DNA from: Smithella sp.
Lineage (GTDB): Bacteria; Desulfobacterota; Syntrophia; Syntrophales; Smithellaceae
Assembly: GCA_018056685.1 (NCBI GenBank)
Contig: JAGPFC010000010.1
Span: forward strand, 5,213-69,212
Length of the DNA: 64,000 nucleotides
Reading direction: 5' to 3'
The notes beneath the pieces were generated by a model. It searched no databases. It was given only the letters and a program-made list of their open reading frames with translations, and was not told the origin of the DNA. The translations under genes were made by a program, and so were the position numbers. This document shows, piece by piece, positions 56,648 to 64,000 of the stretch (its first letter is position 1; every line of letters starts with the position of its first letter).

Positions 56648-57593
56648 GAAAAAAAATGCCATAATCTTATGTTTACTGGTTGTGTTCGGATTCATCATTC
56701 CGTCCTCCGCCCCAGCCTGTTCCTGCGTTTGGAAGGGGCCGTTTCTTACAGCGGCACAAGACGCGCCTTTGGTTATCATCGGCAAGATTCTGCGTCATCA
56801 TCCCGGCAAATCTCCGACTATGGATGTTTTGGTGCTGGAGACGCTCAAAGGCGGCATTCTGGATTCGGGCATGAACATTCAAATGGGCGACGGCATGTAT
56901 TGCCGGCCGACGGTGGATGTTTTCCCCGTCGGTTCTCGGTGGGTATTGGCGATCAACGGAGCGGGCGCCAAGCCGGGCGATGGCTGGGCCATATCCCATT
57001 GCGGCGAATACTGGCTCAAAATTGAAGGGGAAAATGTCACAGGAAGCATTGACGGCGACATGAAGCAGGTCAAAAGAATGCCGCTCAAAGAATTCAAAAA
57101 CAGATTTCTGTATCCCAAATTCAGCCAAAAATTTTCCGGTCGGGTCGAGGCGGGCCAAGCGTTTCGCCGCGCTTTCGGCGGACGATTTGAATTTATTCTC
57201 GAACCGATGGCGCAAGGTTGGGAAATCGTCGTCAAGGAATTCGGCAGAGATGAAAATCTGGCAAGACTCACGCCGCCGTTTCACTTCGCCCCCAATCCCC
57301 GTGAAATAGAAGGCTGGCATTTTTTAAAAAATCCTTCCCAATGCGCCGACCGTCCCTACAATGCCGATGCAGGGCCGGAAAATCCCCGGAAGTTTATATT
57401 CTCGCCGGAAGTGGGAAAAACAATCGCCGGTCCTGATTCCAACAAGGCATTCATTGACGAAAATATTAACGCGGTGAAAAAGTTCGGCAGAGGAGAAATG
57501 AATATCAAAAAATTCAAACTTGCGCTCGGCACAGACGGCTGCCCCAGAATAGAATGGCTGGAATTTACCGTCAAGATCGATGGCGGATATTAA
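56634..57593 (+). CDS. Exported protein with N-terminal TIMP/NTR-like module (mature N-terminus CSC)
   Basis: Signal peptide MENRKKKNAIILCLLVVFGFIIPSSAPA, then predicted A-x-A cleavage before CSCVWKGP...APLVIIGKIL. Cys at mature positions 1, 3, 62 and 95, compared with 1, 3, 70/72 and 99/101 in TIMP-1/-2. The ATG at 56634 is preceded by GGAAGG. Confidence 0.6.
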   Translation: MENRKKKNAIILCLLVVFGFIIPSSAPACSCVWKGPFLTAAQDAPLVIIGKILRHHPGKSPTMDVLVLETLKGGILDSGMNIQMGDGMYCRPTVDVFPVGSRWVLAINGAGAKPGDGWAISHCGEYWLKIEGENVTGSIDGDMKQVKRMPLKEFKNRFLYPKFSQKFSGRVEAGQAFRRAFGGRFEFILEPMAQGWEIVVKEFGRDENLARLTPPFHFAPNPREIEGWHFLKNPSQCADRPYNADAGPENPRKFIFSPEVGKTIAGPDSNKAFIDENINAVKKFGRGEMNIKKFKLALGTDGCPRIEWLEFTVKIDGGY

Positions 57594-57633
57594 TCAGAAT
57601 GTATCAATATAACCGGATTACAGGAATAAATTC

Positions 57634-58185
57634 ATGACGACTTTTAGCGAAGCACATGCGAATGTAGCGAAGGAACTTGCGAATGCGAGTGTTACAACGT
57701 TCACTTTGGATGGTTCCGTTCATCCCGGTACGGTGGTTGCGGCAACCGCACGGATGGCAGGGACTTATTTGTTCAGAGCTTTCCGGCTTAACCTGTCCGG
57801 CGTGCAACCGGGTCAGGCGGTTCTTTTTGAACAGGCCAATGAGCAGACGCAGGTGATGATTCGAATAGCCGCGGCTATCGTCGCAGCCCTAGGCATCACC
57901 CTTGATAATACACGGGCCGGGGCACCCGTTGACGAGAAACATCAACCCCGTCTTTCCTTCCTTGAAACTCAGCAAAAACTTGAGCCGCTGTACAGGGAAA
58001 TCACCAACCGTAACGCCATGTCCGACTATGACGGCGCCCGGGCTTCGGCCGTGGCCGCCGCTATGCTGATTTTCCAATGCTCTACAATATTGGAACCGAA
58101 CACGGGATTTAACATATTAAGTTATGGCATTGTCGAAGGCACAAAAACCGCTCCCGATCCTGTCCTACTTGAAGGCGGGTTTTAA
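57634..58185 (+). CDS. Hypothetical protein (183 aa)
   Basis: Ala-rich ORF with coding-like composition. No motif recognised. Confidence 0.45.
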   Translation: MTTFSEAHANVAKELANASVTTFTLDGSVHPGTVVAATARMAGTYLFRAFRLNLSGVQPGQAVLFEQANEQTQVMIRIAAAIVAALGITLDNTRAGAPVDEKHQPRLSFLETQQKLEPLYREITNRNAMSDYDGARASAVAAAMLIFQCSTILEPNTGFNILSYGIVEGTKTAPDPVLLEGGF

Positions 58186-58418
58186 TCATTGCGCCAACTA
58201 TTTAAAAGATTGATTTCATTTAGTAATAATTGTAAACATTCAAATCAAACAGATAAAATTATTTTGAAAGAAACAGTTGCTGTTTGCAGGTTGATACGGA
58301 GTGTATAAATAATATCAATGAATTCAGGGACACAACACTTAATTATTAAAATGATCTCCACGCTCATACTTAGCTTTTTGTTCGAAAGCTTTGCATGAGC
58401 AATCATCTTGAAGGATGA

Positions 58419-59138
58419 ATGGATATGAAGGATCAGGGTGAACTGTTTGGCGGTTCATACCATTGGTGGCCACCGGAGAAGGACCACATCTTCTTATTTA
58501 AGGCCAATCCTCTTCGTCTTGATTACTTTGAGAGTTTCATCAGGAGCTGGAATGGTGTCAAAATTCTTGATGTGGGTTGTGGTGGCGGCTACACGTGCGA
58601 ATCCCTCGCTCAGCGTCAGGCTGTCGTATTCGGCACGGATATAATGGAAGAATCGCTTCGTCAAGCACGCGATCACGCCGTTCAGGAAAATCTTTCTATA
58701 GATTACAGACTTTGCACTCCGGAGAAACTTCCCTTTGACGATGCGGAAATGGACGCGGTTACCTGTTTTGATGTTCTGGAGCATGTACACGATAAGCAGA
58801 TGTTGCTCTCGGAAATCTACCGTGTTCTTAAGCCGGGCGGCTGGTTTTTCCTGGATACGCTCAACAAGACATTCCGGGCCAAGGTGCTGACCATTTGGCT
58901 TGGTGAGATCCTTTGCCGTTTTATTCCTCGGAGGACTCATGACTGGCAATACTTCATCAGTCTTCAGGACCTTCAACGTCTCGCGAAAACAGTCGGGTTC
59001 GGCGATATAAAATTTGCCGGCATTCAATTGGACTTGCGGCGACGTAATAAAAATAGTCTGCCTGTCCGGATTTCTCTTCAAGGGAGCACTTCAATCATCT
59101 ACTTCGGCACAACCATGAAGCCCTTGAGTAGAATATGA
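58419..59138 (+). CDS. Class I SAM-dependent methyltransferase (UbiG-like)
   Basis: Motif I ILDVGCGGGY, post-I GTDI, motif II/III AVTCFDVLEHV and LKPGGWFFL. Confidence 0.8.
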   Translation: MDMKDQGELFGGSYHWWPPEKDHIFLFKANPLRLDYFESFIRSWNGVKILDVGCGGGYTCESLAQRQAVVFGTDIMEESLRQARDHAVQENLSIDYRLCTPEKLPFDDAEMDAVTCFDVLEHVHDKQMLLSEIYRVLKPGGWFFLDTLNKTFRAKVLTIWLGEILCRFIPRRTHDWQYFISLQDLQRLAKTVGFGDIKFAGIQLDLRRRNKNSLPVRISLQGSTSIIYFGTTMKPLSRI

Positions 59139-59222
59139 GGAAAATTCGGGAAGACATAACATGGAATTGTTTATTTGCTTGTTGACGTTTTGTGTTAATA
59201 TTTCGTTAGGAAACATATTTGT

Positions 59223-59666
59223 ATGCAAACATCGAACAAATCTTCACGAATCATAGCTCGGACCATTCCTTTCTGGGGCAAGTATTTCCGCATTGCCGTA
59301 AAGATTCCGCTTCTTGGAAAAATGACCGTCATGTCCAACAAAGCGCTGGGGTGGTTTCTTCCCAAACTGTCGATTCTTGGTTTCCGTAAGGAAGCTTCAT
59401 ACGAAAATGCCATTTGGAACTGGGAAATATTTCTCGATTTGATTGGCGCTGACTATGATGTCGAGTCAACATCTCCGCAATCAAAAACTTATTATATTAA
59501 GAAATGTCCTGCCGGACATTGTCGGCTGCAACATCTTGAAGCCTGTAAGGTTACCATGGAGCTTGATAACAGCCTGGTTGAAAACTCCGGAGCAAAACTG
59601 ATAGTTGATAAGCGATTTCCCATCGATGGTATTTGTGTGGAAAAAGTCGTTGCCAAAAATGCGTAA
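59223..59666 (+). CDS. Hypothetical protein (147 aa)
   Basis: The Cys pattern KKCPAGHC...EACK...GICVEKV faintly recalls the L-2-amino-thiazoline-4-carboxylate hydrolase family (speculative). Confidence 0.4.
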   Translation: MQTSNKSSRIIARTIPFWGKYFRIAVKIPLLGKMTVMSNKALGWFLPKLSILGFRKEASYENAIWNWEIFLDLIGADYDVESTSPQSKTYYIKKCPAGHCRLQHLEACKVTMELDNSLVENSGAKLIVDKRFPIDGICVEKVVAKNA

Positions 59667-59678
59667 ACATTTTTAAAG

Positions 59679-61178
59679 ATGGACATAATGAGTAATACAT
59701 TGCTTATTGTTATCGTTGGCGCTTCATTTGTTATTGTGGCACTTTTTTTTCTTTATAAGTTTCTGTTGCAACTTTCCACCAAGCCGGTTCTGGAAATAAG
59801 CCTTGTACCGACTGATAATCCCCGATGGTCGCATAAGAAAATAATCACAGAATTAACAGATACTTTTAATGCCCACGGTTTTGATTTGGCCGGCCATTAT
59901 GATTGCCCGGAAATGCCGGGTGTCAAAATAGCTGGTTTTGTCAAACCATCCGAACAATTAATCGGTGTACTCTACGATCATCCCATTGCCGGAATATGGG
60001 AGGATATTTGTATTGAATATAACGATGGAGAAAGCCTTACGGTTTCCAACGCGCCTATGGGGCAGGAAATGGATCATATGCCGCAATCAACAAAAATTTA
60101 TATGAAGGGAAGTGCGTTGGATGAACTTATCGCGAAAATTCTGTCCGAGAGAAAAAACAAAGGGCGGAAGACAATAACCAAGGAGAATTTTTCTTCGAAT
60201 TTCGAGGAAGCGTATAGAAAGGAAATGAACTGGCGCATGGAACGGGGCGGGCCGACGGCACTCGAAGTAAAGCGGGTGGCCGATGAGATGGGTGTGCCTC
60301 TGGACAGCGCAAAGATGCAGGCGAAAACGCAGCAATTACAAAAAAAATGGATGAAAGAGAAGAACAAGCCTAGGAAGGTCAGGAGAGAAGTGGTTGAGGC
60401 AGTGCTGCCTTTAGAATATCAAAAGCCGGAATCATTCAGACAAATGATGGAACAAAAAAGCGAACCCATGCCGCAGATGAACATGCCGGTAGTGCCTGTT
60501 TATTTTGTCTTGATTGCGGCAATGAGTTACTGGTGTTATTACGGCTTTCAATACAACAAAGTCCATGGGCCGGTGCCTCTGACAGATTTAGTTATCTTTT
60601 TTGCAGTCTTTCTTATTCTGTTCATTATTCTGGTTTATATATGGTCTTATAATAAACAGGTCAAAATGTGCCCTTATCTTAAACGTGTTGCCGATATGAG
60701 CCCGGGAGCTTTTGTATTCATATCCGGTAAAGTTCCCACACTGTTTTATGCCAGGGAAGGGTGGATCGGGAAACTTGTATTTTGGATGGGAGGAGATAGT
60801 ACGCCGGGGACGACCAGTCTGGAAGCAACAACAACACGTTCCGGCGGATGGTTGTCGATTCGTCAGAAGAGTTTAATTGGCAGGATATTCGATCGTTCGG
60901 ATGAGGACAATATTCCATTACCGGAGAGCGATTTCAGTAGAAAATTCACCATGTCGGGTTCGGATAAAGTATTGGCTCAGAAACTGCTCGGTGCCGATAT
61001 CGCCGGACTTGTCATGCGTTTGGAAGAGTTCGATAAACCCTTTATTGATATTGACGGCAGGTCGGTTGTCGTTAGAATCGATGGTGAATTATCCAGTCCG
61101 CGCAAGGAAGCGGAGTTGAAAAGATTTTTGGCAATTGCAGAAAACATTATTGATATGGTTGCGCAACTCGGACAGTGA
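59679..61178 (+). CDS. Membrane protein, hypothetical (499 aa)
   Basis: One N-terminal and two central TM helices, plus a Lys/Glu-rich linker. No family assignable. Confidence 0.55.
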   Translation: MDIMSNTLLIVIVGASFVIVALFFLYKFLLQLSTKPVLEISLVPTDNPRWSHKKIITELTDTFNAHGFDLAGHYDCPEMPGVKIAGFVKPSEQLIGVLYDHPIAGIWEDICIEYNDGESLTVSNAPMGQEMDHMPQSTKIYMKGSALDELIAKILSERKNKGRKTITKENFSSNFEEAYRKEMNWRMERGGPTALEVKRVADEMGVPLDSAKMQAKTQQLQKKWMKEKNKPRKVRREVVEAVLPLEYQKPESFRQMMEQKSEPMPQMNMPVVPVYFVLIAAMSYWCYYGFQYNKVHGPVPLTDLVIFFAVFLILFIILVYIWSYNKQVKMCPYLKRVADMSPGAFVFISGKVPTLFYAREGWIGKLVFWMGGDSTPGTTSLEATTTRSGGWLSIRQKSLIGRIFDRSDEDNIPLPESDFSRKFTMSGSDKVLAQKLLGADIAGLVMRLEEFDKPFIDIDGRSVVVRIDGELSSPRKEAELKRFLAIAENIIDMVAQLGQ

Positions 61179-61672
61179 AAAAGATGACGGATTGGAATTT
61201 GGATATTAATTCATGGCCGGGTCCCAACCGAAAAAAATGGAAAGGCTTGCGGGACATTTTTCAGGAAAGTCCTGACGGTAAATATCTTGCGGTTCTTTAT
61301 TCCTGCAGCGAGATTGATATACATAAAGAAGTCGGCCATTTCGCTCTTTTTAAGGAGCCGAAGGATTCACCACGACTTTTAGTACGCCTCCGCGGACTTT
61401 CTTGTCTTGTTTCGTACACTGAAGGAAAAGACATCCAATGGATTGAGAATCGGTTCTGTGTGGTGACTCCATATAGCTTTAAGCCCGACTTTTCTTCATC
61501 GGGACAGCTTAATCAGTTTTATGGAACAATGATTTTTGATGTGCAAGAGTGTAAGGTTGCCTACATTCCCGGCGCTTCGTCAATCGAAGTCATATCGGCT
61601 TTTCCTGATGGTCTTTCATGGAAAAGCTGGAGGCGGTTATTTTGTTGGCCAAAATTGCGGCATAAACGATGA
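61175..61672 (+). CDS. Hypothetical protein (165 aa)
   Basis: The GTG at 61175 overlaps the upstream stop (GTGA); the ATG at 61184 is an alternative. No motif recognised. Confidence 0.45.
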   Translation: MKKMTDWNLDINSWPGPNRKKWKGLRDIFQESPDGKYLAVLYSCSEIDIHKEVGHFALFKEPKDSPRLLVRLRGLSCLVSYTEGKDIQWIENRFCVVTPYSFKPDFSSSGQLNQFYGTMIFDVQECKVAYIPGASSIEVISAFPDGLSWKSWRRLFCWPKLRHKR

Positions 61673-61819
61673 ACCAAGTTAAAATAAAAAAAATTTAAAA
61701 ACGGGGGTATACTTTATATTAATGAAATATTTTGACTGAATGCTCAAGTCTAAGTATAAATTTAAATTAACATGGTAAAGAACAAAACGTTGGCTCATCA
61801 TATAATGATCGGAGGTTTT

Positions 61820-62272
61820 ATGAAAAAAATAGGAACGATTATTCAAAAAGTAATCATTTATTCTCTAATTTTACTGATGACCGCTGTGCTGATAATGGCT
61901 ACCATCGAACTGGGATACTATATTTTCAAGTACGTACTTGAATCCGACTATGCCGTCATCAACCTCAACCAGCTAATGGAACTCTTCGGAATCTTTATGC
62001 TGGTGCTGATCGGCATTGAGCTTCTGGATACCATCAAAGTTTATCTCAAGGAAAATGTGATGCACGTGGAGGTGGTTGTCCTGGTGGCCATTATTGCGGT
62101 TGCCAGAAAGGTTGTAGTGCTCAAGATAGAAGATATCGACGGCATGAAAATCATCGGCGTCGCATGTATTATCGTGGCTTTGGCTGTCGCGTATTACCTC
62201 ATCAAGCAATCCGGCATGATCTGTTCATCAGACAATAATGAAAAAGACAAGATCGTGGAACAAGAAAAATGA
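61820..62272 (+). CDS. psiE: PsiE-family (phosphate-starvation-inducible) membrane protein
   Basis: GGAGG lies 4 nt before the ATG at 61820. Four TM helices with the IELLDTIKVY...HVEVVVLVAIIAVARKVVVL pattern. Confidence 0.65.
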   Translation: MKKIGTIIQKVIIYSLILLMTAVLIMATIELGYYIFKYVLESDYAVINLNQLMELFGIFMLVLIGIELLDTIKVYLKENVMHVEVVVLVAIIAVARKVVVLKIEDIDGMKIIGVACIIVALAVAYYLIKQSGMICSSDNNEKDKIVEQEK

Positions 62273-62376
62273 TAGGACAAGATGTCAGGATGCAATGATG
62301 ATGCACCACATATTTGATGTTCCATAATAATTCCATTGTTGATGGATCAACGGTTTAACGGAGACTTGGAGGATTT

Positions 62377-63735
62377 ATGAATCTCAAGCCTTTACTGGAG
62401 CCGAAAACCATGGCCGTTATTGGCGTGTCGGCGACGAACGAACGCCATCCGGCTAATGTCATTTTCGATAAAAATCATCACCGCTATCCCGTGCAGGTTT
62501 TCGCCGTTAATCCGAAAGGCGGGCAGCTTCATGACGAAACGCTGTACGCGCGCATCAGCGATCTTCCGCAAAAAATTGATCTGGCTGTGATTGCCGCGAG
62601 AGCTGAATTCGTTCCTGACGTGTTTACGCAATGCATCAAGGCGGGCGTGAAGTCAGCGGCCGTGGTATCGGGCGGGTTTACCGAAGGCGGACGCAAAGAT
62701 TTGCAGGATAAAATTGTCGCCATGGCCCGCGAAGCGGACTTTCCGTTTATCGGTCCGAACTGCCTGGGCATTTTTTCGCCGCTTCATGTGGATACGTTTT
62801 TTCTGCCGATTGAACGCATGATCAAACCGAATTACGGATCCGTCGCTTTCATCAGTCAGAGCGGCGGCATTCTGGTTGATCAGATGATCAAGTTCAGTCA
62901 GCAGGGCGTGGGAATGTCCAAAGCCATCAGCATCGGCAACAAGGCTTTCGTGAAAGAAATAGACCTGCTGCGCTATTTGATGACTGATCGGACGACGAAA
63001 GTTATTGCTTTTTACGTGGAAGGTTTTGCCGAAGGCGAGGGCAGGGATTTTGTGCTGGCCGCGGAGGGGGCGCCCAAACCGGTTATCATCATGAAGTCCG
63101 GCAAAAGCGAGGCAGGGCACCGCGCGGTATCGAGCCACACGGCGTCCATGGCGGGTGATTATGCCAGTTTTAAGGCCGCCATCGCGCAGCACAACATACT
63201 GGAAGCGGCGAACGAGCACGAACTGGTTTCTTTTTGTGAAGTGCTCAGCGTCTATCAGCATTCTATAGGCGGCAGGATAGGAATCATCACGGCTAGCGGC
63301 GGCCACGGCGCCATGGCGGTTGACGCCTGTGTCGCGGAAAAAATGTCCGTCCCTGAATTATCGCAGGAAATTCAAGATGACATGAAAGCCGCTGTGTCCG
63401 AAAGCGTCCAGACGATTGCGTCTTTCAGCAATCCGGTTGATTTGACGGGCAGCGCCACCGACGACGATTTTGTGGCGTGCGCCAAAATCATGGGCGAGTC
63501 CAACGAGATTGACTGCATTGTGTTTCTGCTGTTGCCGTACATTCCGGGCATCACGCTCGATATCGGCGTGCGGCTGAGTCAGGTTAGCAAACAATACAAA
63601 AAGCCTTTTATCGCCTATGCGCCGCATGTCGAAAAATACAATATGATGATTGACGGATTTGAACTCAACGGTATTCCGGCCTCGTCTTCCATTGAAGGAG
63701 CGGTTCTGATGGCCAAAGCCCTCACGAGGAAATAA
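62377..63735 (+). CDS. ADP-forming acyl/acetyl-CoA synthetase, alpha (CoA-binding/ligase) subunit
   Basis: N-terminal CoA-binding MAVIGVS...VNPKG, and a phosphohistidine loop SSHTASMAG. 452 aa. Confidence 0.8.
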   Translation: MNLKPLLEPKTMAVIGVSATNERHPANVIFDKNHHRYPVQVFAVNPKGGQLHDETLYARISDLPQKIDLAVIAARAEFVPDVFTQCIKAGVKSAAVVSGGFTEGGRKDLQDKIVAMAREADFPFIGPNCLGIFSPLHVDTFFLPIERMIKPNYGSVAFISQSGGILVDQMIKFSQQGVGMSKAISIGNKAFVKEIDLLRYLMTDRTTKVIAFYVEGFAEGEGRDFVLAAEGAPKPVIIMKSGKSEAGHRAVSSHTASMAGDYASFKAAIAQHNILEAANEHELVSFCEVLSVYQHSIGGRIGIITASGGHGAMAVDACVAEKMSVPELSQEIQDDMKAAVSESVQTIASFSNPVDLTGSATDDDFVACAKIMGESNEIDCIVFLLLPYIPGITLDIGVRLSQVSKQYKKPFIAYAPHVEKYNMMIDGFELNGIPASSSIEGAVLMAKALTRK

Positions 63736-63737
63736 AC

Positions 63738-64000
63738 ATGCTCAATAAAGAAATAAAAAGCATTCTGGAAAAATCGAAAAAATGGGGCTGGGTTCTGGAA
63801 CCGGACGCGAAACGGATTTTTTCCCTGGCCGGATTTCAAACACCGAAATTTGCGGTGGCGAAAAAAGCGGAAGAGGCTATTGAGGCCGCCCGCAAAATCG
63901 GCTATCCGGTTGTGGTCAAAATTGTCTCTCCGGAAATCATTCATAAGTCCGATGTCAAGGGGGTTGTCATCGGCATTAAAGATGATGAACGGCTTGTGGC
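63738..64000 (+). CDS. ADP-forming acyl-CoA synthetase, beta (ATP-grasp) subunit, 5' partial at the window edge
   Basis: The ATG at 63738 lies 2 nt after the upstream stop. It translates MLNKEIKSILEKSKKWGWVLEPDAKRIFSLAGFQTPKF...GYPVVVKIVSPEIIHKSDVKGV (ATP-grasp N-terminus) and stays open to the window end. Confidence 0.7.
   Translation, partial: MLNKEIKSILEKSKKWGWVLEPDAKRIFSLAGFQTPKFAVAKKAEEAIEAARKIGYPVVVKIVSPEIIHKSDVKGVVIGIKDDERLV

Noticed and set aside
1-64000. Search for CRISPR arrays, tRNA/rRNA genes, transposases, integrases, long inverted or direct repeats
   Set aside because: I recognised none by eye on either strand. The hypothetical-gene block at 52.6-61.7 kb therefore cannot be called a mobile element or defence island on present evidence. 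A computational repeat or tRNA scan is still needed.

Overview
All calls come from reading the sequence and the ORF track and recognising motifs. No database search was possible, and family names are recalled from memory. The window is a 64-kb chromosomal stretch from a Gram-negative bacterium. The gene content (sigma-54 activator, NtrY-like kinase, HD-GYP regulator, beta-oxidation genes, ADP-forming acyl-CoA synthetase) fits a Desulfobacterota/deltaproteobacterial-type genome, but this is unverified.

Layout:
- 0.1-3.4 kb: thiolase plus fused hydratase/dehydrogenase operon with a clear terminator.
- 3.6-7.9 kb: signalling cluster. It holds a receiver-PAS-HD-GYP protein, a stand-alone cNMP-binding protein translationally coupled to a PAS protein with an unassigned HEPN-like C-terminus, and a 94-aa ORF behind a perfect sigma-70 consensus promoter.
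- 8-15.6 kb: housekeeping genes (SDR, yebC-ruvCAB, 2-hydroxyacid dehydrogenase, IlvD-family dehydratase, SDR).
- 15.6-33.7 kb: an 18-kb minus-strand envelope region. It starts with a lipid-A/LPS modification operon (PAP2 phosphatase, ArnT-like GT-C, LAB_N membrane protein, GT2, LtaS-like transferase). An LPS core/lipid A cluster follows (YrbL-family kinase, 3 GT4, 3 GT9, GT2, kdsB, LpxL-like, PagL-like, and a waaA split by a frameshift in a G7 run).
- 33.8-40 kb: queH, lpxC (candidate sigma-54 promoter), DUF4390-like gene, NtrY-like kinase, sigma-54 activator.
- 40-48 kb: membrane/lipoprotein genes, dnaJ, purC, MBL hydrolase, rsmB, fmt, MFS.
- 48-52.5 kb: lipoprotein plus ankyrin lipoprotein, radical SAM protein, crotonase.
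- 52.6-61.7 kb: fourteen co-directional, mostly unassignable genes.
- 61.8-64 kb: psiE-like gene and ADP-forming acyl-CoA synthetase subunits.

The strongest candidate for something undescribed is a tightly coupled four-gene module at 55.3-57.6 kb. It encodes a small membrane HExxH protein and a secreted protein whose predicted mature N-terminus (Cys-Ser-Cys) and four-cysteine spacing mirror the TIMP/NTR metalloprotease-inhibitor module.

I recognised no rRNA, tRNA, CRISPR array, transposase or integrase.
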